Source: Escherichia coli
GTDB lineage: Bacteria > Pseudomonadota > Gammaproteobacteria > Enterobacterales > Enterobacteriaceae
Direction: 5' to 3' (one strand)
Assembly: GCF_003018235.1 (NCBI RefSeq)
Contig: NZ_CP027437.1
DNA length: 64,000 nucleotides
Shown here: in pieces, positions 10,170-21,024 of the stretch
Position numbering within the stretch: the stretch's first letter is position 1
Layout: each line of letters starts with the position of its first letter
Notes under the pieces: model-generated
Databases searched by the model: none
Told to the model about the DNA's origin: nothing
Seen by the model: the letters and a program-made list of their open reading frames with translations, nothing else
Translations under genes and position numbers: made by a program

Positions 10170-10835
10170 TTAACGATTGTATTGCTGGTATAAAATAGCA
10201 ATATTTTGTTGCATAATTTCAGCAAGACAATGTCTGCATCCCTCTTTGTCTTTTGCTTTTAACGCGGCGAGTAATAGACGATAGTTTTCTATACGCTCCC
10301 GTAATTCCGCTGGATTAATCGCTTCATAGAGATAATGTAAACCAGGTCCCATCCTGACCCACAGTTGCTCAATCATCTCACACAGGATGGGCATATTTGA
10401 ACGATGATAAATCGCTAAGCGAAATAGCCTGTTCGCATTAATGATTTGTTCCATGTCGCCCTTTTCTTGCGCCTGCTGTAATTTCTCGAGCAATTCCTCG
10501 AGTTCCGCCAGGTCTTGCGGGGTGAGGTTTTCAACAGCCAGAGTAACTGCCATTAATTCCAGCTCGTAGCGGATCCGATTGATTTCGTCTAATTGACGTT
10601 TCCCCACTTCCGGAACTGTAAATGCTTGCGCTGGTGCGACAGAAAGCGCATTCACCGAAACCAGACGTAATAATGCTTCACGCACAGGTGTAATACTCAT
10701 ACCTAATTGCTCCGCCAGATTTTTAGTAATCAGGCGTGCGCCAGGTTTTAGTGCGCCAATACTAAGCTGATGTTTCAGGTCATTCTCAACCTGCAGAGTC
10801 AAACTGACATGTTTCATTTTTTCCGTTCCAGGCAT
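10170..10835 (-). CDS. mcbR: GntR-family transcriptional regulator McbR
   Basis: 221 aa from ATG at 10835 (MPGTEKMKHVSLTLQVENDLKHQLSIGALKPGARL); GntR HTH plus FCD domain. Confidence 0.85.
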   Translation of the reverse strand: MPGTEKMKHVSLTLQVENDLKHQLSIGALKPGARLITKNLAEQLGMSITPVREALLRLVSVNALSVAPAQAFTVPEVGKRQLDEINRIRYELELMAVTLAVENLTPQDLAELEELLEKLQQAQEKGDMEQIINANRLFRLAIYHRSNMPILCEMIEQLWVRMGPGLHYLYEAINPAELRERIENYRLLLAALKAKDKEGCRHCLAEIMQQNIAILYQQYNR

Positions 10836-11032
10836 TTTAATTCCTTCGCGTGTTTTCTGTCCAACCCTGTCTGCATGGCAGAAGGAGTTCACCTGGGGTA
10901 TTAAAGTGAATAATCATAAACCACTCACCTTTGTTGTTATTAGCAGCAGAACAATGACGTGGTTAGTTAATTAAAGCTGAAAATAAGCTTTTTGCCTGGA
11001 TTTTTATGGCGGCTTACGCCGCCGTCGTATCT

Positions 11033-12070
11033 TTAATCATCACCCGCCACGCGGATCACCACTTTGCCGAAGTTTTTACCCTTCAGCAGGCCGATAAATG
11101 TCTGTGGCGCATTCTCTAAACCGTCAGTAATTTCTTCGCGGTAGTGGATTTTATCCTCTTTCACCCATTGCCCCATCTCCTTCTGAAACTCATGGATGCG
11201 GTGACCATAATCCTGAGCGATAATAAATCCTTGCAAGCGAATACGTTTTTTCAGCACCGTAGCCATCAGCAGAGGTAAACGATCCGGACCGGGTGGTAGC
11301 TCTGTAGCGTTATAGCTGCTCACTAAGCCGCAGACGGGAATGCGCGCAGATGTATTAAGTAAAGGTAGCACTGCATCAAATACCTTACCGCCCACGTTTT
11401 CATAATAGATATCAATACCTTTTGGGCACGCTTTCGCCAGTTGTTCGGCAAAATCATCCGCATGGTGATCAAGGCATACATCGAAGCCTAAAACCTCGGT
11501 AGCATGGCGGCATTTTTCCGCGCCACCGGCTATCCCCACCACCCTGCAACCTTTAAGTTTGCCGATTTGACCCACCGTCGCCCCCACTGGTCCTGTCGCC
11601 GCAGCTACCACCAGCGTTTCGCCCTCTTTGGGCTGACCGATATCCAGCAGCCCCATATAAGCGGTAAAGCCTGGCATCCCCAGCACACCCAGCGACCACG
11701 ATGGATTTTGCGGATGATCGCCAAGTTTCACCAGATCATCACCACTGGATATGTCATAGTCCTGCCATCCACTGTAGCCCAGCACCCAGTCGCCAGGCTG
11801 ATAATCAGGATGATTCGACTCCACGACACGGCTCACCGTGCCGCCGACCATCACGCCGCCAATATCAACCGGCGGCGAATAGGATGGCTCATCGCTCATG
11901 CGCCCGCGCATATACGGGTCCAGTGACAGATAAACAGTACGCAGTAACACCTGTCCTTCACCTGGAGTTGCGACGTCATCCTCTTCAAGACGGAAATTCT
12001 CGGGAATTGGCGCGCCATGCGGACGCGAGGCCAGAACCCAACGGCGGTTACGTTGCTTTTGTTGCCCCAT
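11033..12070 (-). CDS. curA: NADPH-dependent curcumin/dihydrocurcumin reductase (MDR family)
   Basis: 345 aa from ATG at 12070 (MGQQKQRNRRWVLASRPHGAP...). Confidence 0.85.
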   Translation of the reverse strand: MGQQKQRNRRWVLASRPHGAPIPENFRLEEDDVATPGEGQVLLRTVYLSLDPYMRGRMSDEPSYSPPVDIGGVMVGGTVSRVVESNHPDYQPGDWVLGYSGWQDYDISSGDDLVKLGDHPQNPSWSLGVLGMPGFTAYMGLLDIGQPKEGETLVVAAATGPVGATVGQIGKLKGCRVVGIAGGAEKCRHATEVLGFDVCLDHHADDFAEQLAKACPKGIDIYYENVGGKVFDAVLPLLNTSARIPVCGLVSSYNATELPPGPDRLPLLMATVLKKRIRLQGFIIAQDYGHRIHEFQKEMGQWVKEDKIHYREEITDGLENAPQTFIGLLKGKNFGKVVIRVAGDD

Positions 12071-12250
12071 AATGCTCTCCTGTGCTTTTGGCATGAATCG
12101 ATCAATAGTAGCAGGCTCACAGGATTGGTTTTGTTTGCAGCCGTCACATCCCCTCTGCAACACGCAATAATTTCATCGAGGAATCCGTTGCTTCGGGCTG
12201 TTTTCGATAGTATTGATAACGTCATCATCATTATTTAATCGAGGCCAAAC

Positions 12251-12766
12251 ATGTCCATCCGTTTTGCCCGCAAAGCCGACTGTGCTGCCATTGCGGAAAT
12301 TTATAACCACGCCGTGTTGTATACGGCGGCTATCTGGAATGACCAAACGGTGGATGCAGATAACCGCATTGCCTGGTTCGAAGCGCGGACTTTAGCAGGT
12401 TATCCAGTGCTGGTGAGCGAGGAAAACGGCGTAGTGACGGGATATGCCTCGTTTGGCGACTGGCGTAGTTTTGATGGTTTTCGCCATACCGTGGAACATT
12501 CGGTTTATGTCCATCCCGATCATCAGGGGAAAGGTCTGGGGCGTAAATTGTTAAGCCGATTGATTGATGAAGCGCGGGATTGCGGGAAGCATGTCATGGT
12601 CGCTGGGATCGAATCGCAAAACCAGGCTTCGCTGCATCTCCACCAGTCGCTGGGATTTGTCGTCACCGCGCAAATGCCGCAGGTAGGCACTAAATTTGGG
12701 CGCTGGCTGGATCTGACATTTATGCAGTTGCAACTCGACGAACGCAGTGAACCGGACGCAATCTGA
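12251..12766 (+). CDS. mnaT: GNAT N-acetyltransferase (methionine analogue acetyltransferase)
   Basis: 171-aa ORF MSIRFARKADCAAIAEIYNHAVLYTAAIWN... Confidence 0.85.
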   Translation: MSIRFARKADCAAIAEIYNHAVLYTAAIWNDQTVDADNRIAWFEARTLAGYPVLVSEENGVVTGYASFGDWRSFDGFRHTVEHSVYVHPDHQGKGLGRKLLSRLIDEARDCGKHVMVAGIESQNQASLHLHQSLGFVVTAQMPQVGTKFGRWLDLTFMQLQLDERSEPDAI

Positions 12767-13215
12767 TGAATCAGTCGCTTACCCTTGCTTTTTTGATTGC
12801 CGCCGGGATTGGTCTGGTAGTCCAAAACACGCTGATGGTGCGCATCACTCAGACCTCCTCAACCATTCTCATCGCCATGTTGCTGAACTCTTTGGTAGGA
12901 ATTGTGCTGTTCGTTTCTATTTTATGGTTTAAACAAGGCATGGCGGGGTTTGGCGAACTGGTGTCCAGCGTGCGCTGGTGGACACTTATACCTGGCTTGC
13001 TGGGATCGTTTTTTGTCTTCGCCAGTATCAGCGGATATCAGAATGTGGGAGCGGCGACAACTATTGCGGTACTGGTCGCCAGCCAGCTGATTGGCGGTCT
13101 GGTGCTGGATATCTTCCGCAGCCATGGCGTACCACTACGGGCGTTGATCGGCCCAATTTGTGGCGCAATTTTACTTGTGGTTGGTGCCTGGCTGGTGGCC
13201 AGGCGCACATTTTAA
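12766..13215 (+). CDS. ydcZ: inner membrane protein YdcZ (DMT-like)
   Basis: 149-aa hydrophobic ORF; start overlaps mnaT stop (ATGA). Confidence 0.85.
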   Translation: MNQSLTLAFLIAAGIGLVVQNTLMVRITQTSSTILIAMLLNSLVGIVLFVSILWFKQGMAGFGELVSSVRWWTLIPGLLGSFFVFASISGYQNVGAATTIAVLVASQLIGGLVLDIFRSHGVPLRALIGPICGAILLVVGAWLVARRTF

Positions 13216-13449
13216 TCAGAGGATGGTGCCACCTTTGGTTAACTGTTTGTGGCGCGCTTCCATATCTTCTTTATGCTTGCGACCGTGATGGGCGATCGCT
13301 GTGCGCAGACGCTGCTGCTGGGTGTAGCGATCTTCCCGACTTAACTCCGCGTCATCGCTCAGGGCGATTAATAATTCGTTCATATGGGCAATGACGCTTT
13401 CTTCAATCGCGGCATCCACGCGCGCGATGACTTCATCCAGATGCGACAT
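13216..13449 (-). CDS. ydcY: small protein YdcY
   Basis: 77-aa ORF MSHLDEVIARVDAAIEESVIAHMNELLIALSDDAELS... Confidence 0.8.
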   Translation of the reverse strand: MSHLDEVIARVDAAIEESVIAHMNELLIALSDDAELSREDRYTQQQRLRTAIAHHGRKHKEDMEARHKQLTKGGTIL

Positions 13450-13534
13450 ACTTTCTCCTTAGCCTCTTGTGAAATTTATCGATTAATCCAAATGATATAA
13501 GTCTGCGTGGTGCCGTCAAGCCAGTGCGTAAGAT

Positions 13535-13708
13535 TTAAAACAGTGAAAACAACAGCGCCACCGGGAAACTCATCGGCCATGTTGCCCCCACCAGAAAGGC
13601 GCTTAAGAAACGGATGCGTTTCTTATCGTGAGAAAGAAACCAGGTGATAAGAAATGCGATTGCTGCCATAACCGCATAAAAAACAAGCATGTGTTGATAG
13701 AGAGACAT
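13535..13708 (-). CDS. ortT: orphan small membrane toxin OrtT (YdcX)
   Basis: 57 aa from ATG at 13708: MSLYQHMLVFYAVMAAIAFLITWFLSHDKKRIRFLSAFLVGATWPMSFPVALLFSLF. Confidence 0.85.
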   Translation of the reverse strand: MSLYQHMLVFYAVMAAIAFLITWFLSHDKKRIRFLSAFLVGATWPMSFPVALLFSLF

Positions 13709-13902
13709 GTACGGGCGTCCAGCCAGATGAATAAAACGCGCGCAAATATGCGTCATTTTTTGACGTACATCAAGTTTTTTAACCGGTTTGAGAAAAAAAC
13801 ATCAAACAGCAACTTGCCCTTATCCATCTTCAGAATGAGTATTATTGCGGATTTTCTTAACCCGTACTATACACATAGGGGCAATGATAAAAGGTGGCAA
13901 AA

Positions 13903-13998
13903 ATGAATGTTTCCAGTAGAACTGTAGTACTGATAAATGTCTTTGCTGCTGTTGGTTTGTTTACTCTTATCTCTATGAGATTTGGCTGGTTTATTTGA
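13903..13998 (+). CDS. yncL: small membrane protein YncL
   Basis: 31-aa ORF MNVSSRTVVLINVFAAVGLFTLISMRFGWFI with AAGGTGG Shine-Dalgarno. Confidence 0.7.
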   Translation: MNVSSRTVVLINVFAAVGLFTLISMRFGWFI

Positions 13999-14020
13999 TG
14001 TAGTGATTTTGCACGCAGCA

Positions 14021-14055
14021 CGTACTGTCAGAGAAATCAGTGCTCTGACAGTACG
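14021..14055. repeat. perfect 13-bp inverted repeat (stem-loop) downstream of yncL
   Basis: CGTACTGTCAGAG-AAATCAGTG-CTCTGACAGTACG. Confidence 0.7.
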
Positions 14056-14399
14056 CAAGATCATCTCATACTCTCCAGGTTTACAACATTATCCTTAATA
14101 TTTACTTCTTTTTGCTGACATCTACATTGAAATAAGTAGAAAACATCCCCCTACTGCCGTCTATACAGACAGCTTACTGATTCAAAGGGAACCTTGTTTT
14201 CACATTTTGCTATCATCAATACTTTAGACGCGCGGGAGTCTATAAATGCTTTATACTTTCAGGGAATAAAGTAAATATAAAAAGATGGCGTAAATTATAT
14301 GCATGGCAGGATGATTGCGACCTCCTTGATGACGCTGTCCCATTGAAATTGCAAACCCCGCACTGGTTATCTTGCCCATTTATCATGCAGAACAGACAA

Positions 14400-15209
14400 T
14401 TATAGGTCTCTGAATATCTCAGAAAGATTGAATTTTTTATAGTCCATCTCTTGAATATTTCCATTTGATATCAATCGATTCATCTCTTCAACAAAATAAT
14501 TTATATCATCACATTTGTTATTATCCGGAAGATATGAGTAATTATAATTCCACCACTTTATTCTCAACAATTCATCAATAACATTTGAATCAAATCTAAA
14601 TCTGATTATTTTTGCAGGAACTCCAGCAACTATGGCATATGGGGGCACATCTTTGGTAACAACAGAATTGGCAGCAATAACAGCACCATCACCTATTGCG
14701 ATGCCACCTTTCAATACAACATCATTTCCTATCCAGACATCATTTCCTATAATCGGATTTTCAGGTTTGGTAATGAATGGTTTCAATGTCCAGCTACGTT
14801 CAAACTCACTCTTAGCAAACTTATCAAATTCACCGTTATAAGTCATCATGTGAGTAGTAAAACGATTCAAAGGATGATTTCCACCCATTATTTTTACATT
14901 TGATGCAATACTACAAAATCGACCTATATGTATATTCCCTGTAAAATGACAGGTCGGGAATGAAAAAGCGCCGACACTGGAGAAATTTTTTACAGGCATT
15001 GTTGAATATTCTTCAGCAATAACATTATCTTCAATTGTTATCTTGTCACCTTTTGAGAAAAGAAATAAATTCCTTTCTTTATACGACTTCTTCCCCTTAT
15101 GATTTAAAAAGATTTTATTATCCATACAAAACTCAAAGTGTTTTTTCGTCCACCTGAAGGTAAGGGTTTTATTTTTATCTTCCGTGAATTTATACAATTG
15201 AACTTTCAT
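14400..15209 (-). CDS. xenobiotic acetyltransferase (XAT) family hexapeptide-repeat acetyltransferase, Vat/CatB-like
   Basis: 269-aa ORF with IGRFCSIA...MGGNH and IGNDVWIGNDVVLKGGIAIGDGAVIAANSVVTKDVPPYAIVAGVPAKIIRFRFDSNVIDELLRIKWWNY, closely resembling streptogramin A acetyltransferases; AT-rich gene. Confidence 0.7.
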   Translation of the reverse strand: MKVQLYKFTEDKNKTLTFRWTKKHFEFCMDNKIFLNHKGKKSYKERNLFLFSKGDKITIEDNVIAEEYSTMPVKNFSSVGAFSFPTCHFTGNIHIGRFCSIASNVKIMGGNHPLNRFTTHMMTYNGEFDKFAKSEFERSWTLKPFITKPENPIIGNDVWIGNDVVLKGGIAIGDGAVIAANSVVTKDVPPYAIVAGVPAKIIRFRFDSNVIDELLRIKWWNYNYSYLPDNNKCDDINYFVEEMNRLISNGNIQEMDYKKFNLSEIFRDL

Positions 15210-15431
15210 TGTTATTACTTCTACTTATAAATTATTAGGTTAATAACGATACTCTAAAGCCTTATGCGAATCAACTATGACAGGATGAAAAATCACCAAC
15301 ATACATTTAGATCATAATAACTGCCTAATTTTTCCGCTAGTTATTAATGTAATCATTCTGATACTTAATCACCATTACACTCAGAACCTAAAACGATAGT
15401 GGCCGCCCTATAACAGCCACTAACATTTAAC

Positions 15432-16856
15432 TTAATGTTTAACCATGACGTGGCGGACGACGGTGTAATCCTCCAGCCCATAAAGTGACATATCCTTGCC
15501 GTAACCAGAAAGTTTCTGCCCACCGTGCGGCATTTCACTTACCAGCATGAAATGGGTATTGACCCAGGTACAACCATATTGCAGCCGTGCGCTGACGCGA
15601 TGCGCCCTGCCCACATCTTTCGTCCATACCGAAGATGCAAGTCCGTACTGGCTGTCATTCGCCCAGTTTACCACCTGTTCTTCGTTGTCGAAGAGTGTAA
15701 CACTCACTACTGGACCAAATACCTCTTTTTGCACGATGGCATCGTCCTGTAATGCGCCAGCCAGCAGCGTCGGCGCATAGTAATAGCCATTACCCTTGCG
15801 CTTTTCACCGCCAGTGATCACTTTGATGTGCCCTGTCGCTTTCGCCTCTTCTACTGCCTTGCTGACGCGTTCGAGATGCGCCAGCGAGCTTAAAGGTCCA
15901 AGCTCCGTAGACTCGTCATCCGGCGCACCAGATTTTAACGTTGCCACCGCAGCACCCAGTTTTTCCACCAGCGTATCGTAAATGCCTTTTTGCGCGTAGA
16001 TCCGACAAGCCGCTGTACAATCCTGTCCGGCATTGTAATAGCCAAATGTACGTACACCTTCGACCACTGCTTCAATATCCGCATCATCAAAAACAATCAC
16101 TGGCGCTTTGCCACCAAGTTCCATATGAGTACGCTTAATGGACGGCGCAGTATGGCTGATGATGTGTTCCCCAGTGGCGATAGAGCCCGTCAGCGACACC
16201 ATCCGCACTTTAGGATGTCCGGTCAGCGGATCGCCCACCGTTTTGCCTCTGCCAAACAGTACGTTAATCACGCCTGCCGGGAAGATATCTTTCGCCAGCT
16301 CTGCCAACTTCAACGCTGTCAGCGGGGTAATTTCTGATGGTTTAAGCACTACGCAGTTCCCTGCCGCCAGCGCCGGAGCCAGTTTCCACGCAGCCATCAT
16401 CAGCGGATAATTCCACGGTGCGATAGAAGCCACGACCCCCAACGGATCGCGACGGATCATCGAAGTATGACCTTCAAGATATTCACCTGCCGCCAGACCA
16501 TTCAGACAGCGCGCCGCACCAGCGAAAAAGCGAAAGACATCAACAATCGCCGGGATTTCATCATTGAACGCACTATGCAGCGGTTTGCCACAGTTACGGG
16601 ACTCCAGTTCGGCTAAAACCTGACCATTTTCTTCGATAACATCAGCCAGTTTCAGCAGGCATTCCGCACGCGCTTTCGGCGTGGTTTGCCCCCATTCGGC
16701 AAATGCTGCATCTGCCGCGCGCACAGCAGCATCGACCTGCTCTGCGGATGCCTCGGCAATCTCCAGTAAAACGTCCCCCGTTGCCGGATTATAAACAGGC
16801 TGTTTTTCCCCTTCGCCGCTAACCAGTTCTCCGTTAATCAGTAACTTATGTTGCAT
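15432..16856 (-). CDS. patD: gamma-aminobutyraldehyde dehydrogenase
   Basis: 474-aa aldehyde dehydrogenase [40 protein letters not shown]... Confidence 0.9.
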   Translation of the reverse strand: MQHKLLINGELVSGEGEKQPVYNPATGDVLLEIAEASAEQVDAAVRAADAAFAEWGQTTPKARAECLLKLADVIEENGQVLAELESRNCGKPLHSAFNDEIPAIVDVFRFFAGAARCLNGLAAGEYLEGHTSMIRRDPLGVVASIAPWNYPLMMAAWKLAPALAAGNCVVLKPSEITPLTALKLAELAKDIFPAGVINVLFGRGKTVGDPLTGHPKVRMVSLTGSIATGEHIISHTAPSIKRTHMELGGKAPVIVFDDADIEAVVEGVRTFGYYNAGQDCTAACRIYAQKGIYDTLVEKLGAAVATLKSGAPDDESTELGPLSSLAHLERVSKAVEEAKATGHIKVITGGEKRKGNGYYYAPTLLAGALQDDAIVQKEVFGPVVSVTLFDNEEQVVNWANDSQYGLASSVWTKDVGRAHRVSARLQYGCTWVNTHFMLVSEMPHGGQKLSGYGKDMSLYGLEDYTVVRHVMVKH

Positions 16857-16877
16857 AGCATATTCCTGTATCAGTGG

Positions 16878-17672
16878 TTATTGACCATTGTCGCCTTCGC
16901 GGGTTAGCCACCAGGCCCCCAGGATCGGCAAGGTTGTTACCAACATAACCAGCAGTGCCACCACGTTGGTTACCGGTACATCACGCGGTCGCCCAAGCTG
17001 ATTGAGCAACCACAACGGTAACGTTCGTTCATGACCTGCCGTAAAGGTCGTCACGATGATTTCATCGAACGACAAGGCAAACGCCAGCATTCCTCCTGCC
17101 AGTAGCGCCGAACTGAGATTCGGCAACACTACGTAGCGGAAGGTTTGCCAGCCATTGGCCCCAAGATCCATTGACGCCTCAACCAGACTCCACGAGGTGC
17201 GGCGAAAACGGGCGATGACATTGTTAAACACCACCACTACGCAAAAAGTCGCATGGCCGACCACGATGGTGAAAAATCCCGGCTCCAGATTGATGGTTTT
17301 AAAGGCGGTTAATAGCGCCAGACCAGTGACAATGCCCGGCAGCGCAATGGGCAGCAGCAGTAACAGCGAAATGGCATTTTTGCCGAAAAAGTCTCGTCGC
17401 CACAGCGCAGCAGCGGCCAGCGTCCCTAACACCAGCGCCATTAATGTCGCCAGCGCCGCCACTTTAAGTGACAGTGTCACGGCATCAAGAATATCACTAC
17501 GCTGTGCTGCCACGCTAAACCAGCGCAGCGTCAGGCCCTGCGGTGGAAAACTAAACGCCGCATCTTCAGTGTTAAACGCATAGGCGGCGATAATCAGGAT
17601 GGGAAAATGTAGGAAAACCACGCCGCCCCAGGCCGCCAGTTTGAGGAAAAACGGTGCGCGTTCAGAGTGCAT
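16878..17672 (-). CDS. ydcV: ABC transporter permease (putrescine/spermidine-type)
   Basis: 264-aa multi-TM ORF in operon with ydcSTU. Confidence 0.85.
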   Translation of the reverse strand: MHSERAPFFLKLAAWGGVVFLHFPILIIAAYAFNTEDAAFSFPPQGLTLRWFSVAAQRSDILDAVTLSLKVAALATLMALVLGTLAAAALWRRDFFGKNAISLLLLLPIALPGIVTGLALLTAFKTINLEPGFFTIVVGHATFCVVVVFNNVIARFRRTSWSLVEASMDLGANGWQTFRYVVLPNLSSALLAGGMLAFALSFDEIIVTTFTAGHERTLPLWLLNQLGRPRDVPVTNVVALLVMLVTTLPILGAWWLTREGDNGQ

Positions 17673-18603
17673 CGAACGCTCCCAGACGTTTCACGAACGC
17701 CAGGTACAGTGCGATGAGAACAATCGGCACCAGGGTGAATGCCGCCGCCATCGGCATATTGCCAATCGCTCCCTGCTGGGAATAAACCATATTGCCGATA
17801 AAATATCCTGGCGGGCCAACCAGCTGCGGAACAATAAAATCGCCCAGTGTGAGTGAAAAGGTAAAGATAGAGCCAGCGGCAATACCAGGGATTGCCAGCG
17901 GCAGCACCACATAGCGAAAGGTTTGCCGTGGACGCGCGCCAAGATCAGCCGACGCCTGCAACAATGACGGCGGCAAACGCTCAAGCGCCGCCTGCACGGG
18001 CAGGATCATGAACGGCAGCCAGATATAGAGAAACACCAGAAAGCGCCCCAGCCCGGAAGTTGACAGCGTATTGCCGCCCACCGCAGGTAATGTAAGGAAC
18101 GCAGTCAGCAGTGGTTCCAGCCCAAGATGTTGTAAAAACCACTGAGCCACGCCATCTTTTGCCAGCAATAACGTCCAGGCATAGGCTTTAACAATGTAGC
18201 TCGCCCACATCGGCAACATTACCGCAATATAAAAAAACGCTTTCATTTTCCCGCTGGTATAGCGCGCCATATACCACGCCATTGGAAAAGCCAGAATGGC
18301 GCTGGCGATAGTGACTGCCACAGCCATAGTCAGCGTGCGGAGAATGATGTCGTAATTCGCCGGATTAAACAGCGCACGGATATTCGCCAGCGTCAGTTCC
18401 GGCGTTACCGACATGGTGAAATCGTCAAAGGTATAAAATCCCTGCCATAACAGTGTCAGCAGCGAGCCGAAATAGACAATGCCAAACCACATTAGCGGGC
18501 CAAGCAGCAGTAAAAACAGCCCCAGCCCCGGATTACGCCAGAAGAAACCGGACACCTTACCCAGACCTGGACGTGAAGGTGATTGCAATACATTCATCGC
18601 CAT
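17662..18603 (-). CDS. ydcU: ABC transporter permease
   Basis: 313-aa multi-TM ORF; overlaps ydcV start. Confidence 0.85.
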   Translation of the reverse strand: MAMNVLQSPSRPGLGKVSGFFWRNPGLGLFLLLLGPLMWFGIVYFGSLLTLLWQGFYTFDDFTMSVTPELTLANIRALFNPANYDIILRTLTMAVAVTIASAILAFPMAWYMARYTSGKMKAFFYIAVMLPMWASYIVKAYAWTLLLAKDGVAQWFLQHLGLEPLLTAFLTLPAVGGNTLSTSGLGRFLVFLYIWLPFMILPVQAALERLPPSLLQASADLGARPRQTFRYVVLPLAIPGIAAGSIFTFSLTLGDFIVPQLVGPPGYFIGNMVYSQQGAIGNMPMAAAFTLVPIVLIALYLAFVKRLGAFDAL

Positions 18604-19617
18604 TCACCTCTCCTCAACCAGCGGCACCATCACATCACGCGACCAGGAAACCATCACCTGTTGTCCGGGCGTGAGCGTGGCAGGCAGTTCTTCGCCTGTC
18701 ATATTGGCCTGACTCACCAGCAGTTTTTCACCGCCGTTCAGTCTCAGTTCAAAACGAGTTGCCGCTCCCTGATATTGCACTGCCTGGATCGTGCCATTAG
18801 CCTGCACTTCGCCGGGGGTGTTGAAGCGGATATGTTCCGGTCGCAGGGCGAAGCTTCCCGTCATGCCACAAAGTTTCTCTGCCATCAGTCCATCAAAAAC
18901 ATTCGATGTACCAACGAACCCGGCAACAAACGGCGTGCGCGGGCGCATATAGAGATCGCGCGGGGAATCGACCTGCTCAATGCGTCCATTATTGAAAACC
19001 GCAACACGATCAGACATCGATAACGCTTCGCCCTGATCGTGGGTAACGAAGATAAAAGTGATACCGAGAGACTGTTGCAGCTTTTTTAGTTCCAGTTGCA
19101 TCTGCTCACGCAATTTGAGATCCAGTGCGCCGAGCGGTTCATCCAACAGCAATACGCGCGGTTCATTCACCAGTGCTCTGGCGATGGCGACTCGCTGGCG
19201 CTGACCACCAGAAAGTTGTGACGGTTTGCGTTGCTGAACAAAACCCAGCGCCACTTTCTCCAGCGCCTCTTGCGCCATCGCATGCCGCTGTTTTTTATTC
19301 ACGCCTTTGACCATCAGACCATAGGCGACGTTGTCAAGAATCGACATATGCGGAAATAGTGCGTAGTCCTGGAAGACAGTATTCACGTCCCGCTCCCACG
19401 GTGGCAGATTGCTGGCGGGTTTACCAAAGATAGAGATAGCCCCGCCGGAAAGCTGTTCGAAGCCAGCAATCAGGCGCAGGCAGGTGGTTTTGCCGGAGCC
19501 GGACGGCCCCAGCATAGAGAAGAACTCACCATCTTTTATCGCAATACTGACGCCATCTACTGCGCGAACGTCACCGTACAACCGCGAGACGTTGTCAAAC
19601 TCCACTGCGTACGTCAT
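18604..19617 (-). CDS. ydcT: ABC transporter ATP-binding protein
   Basis: 337-aa ORF with Walker A GPSGSGKTT and LSGGQRQRVAIARAL signature. Confidence 0.9.
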   Translation of the reverse strand: MTYAVEFDNVSRLYGDVRAVDGVSIAIKDGEFFSMLGPSGSGKTTCLRLIAGFEQLSGGAISIFGKPASNLPPWERDVNTVFQDYALFPHMSILDNVAYGLMVKGVNKKQRHAMAQEALEKVALGFVQQRKPSQLSGGQRQRVAIARALVNEPRVLLLDEPLGALDLKLREQMQLELKKLQQSLGITFIFVTHDQGEALSMSDRVAVFNNGRIEQVDSPRDLYMRPRTPFVAGFVGTSNVFDGLMAEKLCGMTGSFALRPEHIRFNTPGEVQANGTIQAVQYQGAATRFELRLNGGEKLLVSQANMTGEELPATLTPGQQVMVSWSRDVMVPLVEER

Positions 19618-19634
19618 AAAACACCCCAGCGAAG

Positions 19635-20780
19635 TTAGCGACCGCCCATAATGGCAATGTAATCCTGCGTCCAGCGACTGTAGGGAACAAACTTGCCCCC
19701 TTCTGCTATAGGCGTTTTCCAGAAGGCGATTTTATCGAAATAGTTAAAACCGTTGGTTTCACAACCTTTTTCGCCTAATAACGGACTGGCTTTACACCCT
19801 TCCGGCACTACCGGTAACGAGCCAAACCAGGCCGCCACATCGCCCTGCACTTTTGGCGTTAATGACCAGTTCATCCATTTGTAGGCGCAAACCGGATGTT
19901 TCGCTTCACTATGTAGCATGGTGGTGTCAGCCCAACCGGTAACGCCCTCTTTCGGGAATACGGTCGCGACAGGCTGGCCTTCGGCTTTCAGGGCGTTGGC
20001 CTGATAGGGCCATGCACTGGAAGCAACCACACCCTCGTTTTTGAAATCGCTCATTTGCACGGTAGTGTCATGCCAGTAGCGATGGATCAAACTATGTTGA
20101 TCGCGCAGCACTTTCAGCACCGCCTGGTACTGTTCTTCGGTGAGTTGATACGGATCGCTGATGCCCAACTGCGGCTGAATGGCTTTAACGAACAACGCAG
20201 CGTCCGCAATGTAGATAGGGCCATCATAAGCCTGAACGCGGCCTTTATTGCTCTTGCCGTCCGGCAGATTCTGCTCAACAAAAACCACTTGCCAGCTATC
20301 CGGCGGCGTCGGGAAGGTTTTAGTGTTGTACATCAGCAGGTTCGGTCCCCATTGGTAAGGTGTGCCGTAAACTTTGCCGCCAACGTTAAACCAGTCGCCT
20401 TTAACCACGCGCGGATCGAGCGCTTTCCAGTTGGGAATCAAGGCGGTATTAATCGGCTGCACGCGTTTGCCCATAATCAAACGCAGCGAGGCATCGCCAG
20501 ATGCCGTAACCAGATCGTAACCCCCTTTGGTCATCAGACTGACCATTTCATCGGAAGTCGCGGCGGTTTTCACATTCACCGCGCAGCCTGTCTCTTTTTC
20601 GAATTGCGTTACCCAGTCGTATTGTTTATCAGTTTGTCCGCGTTCGATGTATCCCGGCCAGGCGATAATATCCAGTCGCCCTTCCGGTTTATCTAAATTG
20701 GTAGGCGGTTCGGCGGCGTGAGCGGTCATTATTGTCATGGTGAGCGCACACAGGCTGCTGCGGGCAAATGTCTTGCTCAT
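19635..20780 (-). CDS. ydcS: periplasmic polyamine-binding protein YdcS
   Basis: 381-aa ORF with signal peptide MSKTFARSSLCALTMTIMTAHA. Confidence 0.85.
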   Translation of the reverse strand: MSKTFARSSLCALTMTIMTAHAAEPPTNLDKPEGRLDIIAWPGYIERGQTDKQYDWVTQFEKETGCAVNVKTAATSDEMVSLMTKGGYDLVTASGDASLRLIMGKRVQPINTALIPNWKALDPRVVKGDWFNVGGKVYGTPYQWGPNLLMYNTKTFPTPPDSWQVVFVEQNLPDGKSNKGRVQAYDGPIYIADAALFVKAIQPQLGISDPYQLTEEQYQAVLKVLRDQHSLIHRYWHDTTVQMSDFKNEGVVASSAWPYQANALKAEGQPVATVFPKEGVTGWADTTMLHSEAKHPVCAYKWMNWSLTPKVQGDVAAWFGSLPVVPEGCKASPLLGEKGCETNGFNYFDKIAFWKTPIAEGGKFVPYSRWTQDYIAIMGGR

Positions 20781-21024
20781 AAGGTCTTACTCCTGTCGTA
20801 ATTAATTGTTCAGCCGCCGTGCCGTAAAAATATCTCCTTGTTTAACCATAGACGGCGGCTTGCAGGCACACCTTCGCCCCTGAGAAAATTTAATCAGGTT
20901 GTGAGCTACCGCGCATTATGCCGTCTGTAAGGTTATCTTCTGGAGTATAGACAAGGAGTTAGGAAATATGACTGCTATTCGAAATTCATATTACTTAACC
21001 TGAGAGGAATTAAATTAAACGCTA

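Noticed and set aside
12902-13394. Overlapping 60-140-aa ORFs in alternative frames within ydcZ
   Set aside because: Alternative-frame ORFs inside a hydrophobic membrane-protein gene; no start signals.
20055-20696. 213-aa plus-strand ORF
   Set aside because: Antisense within ydcS.
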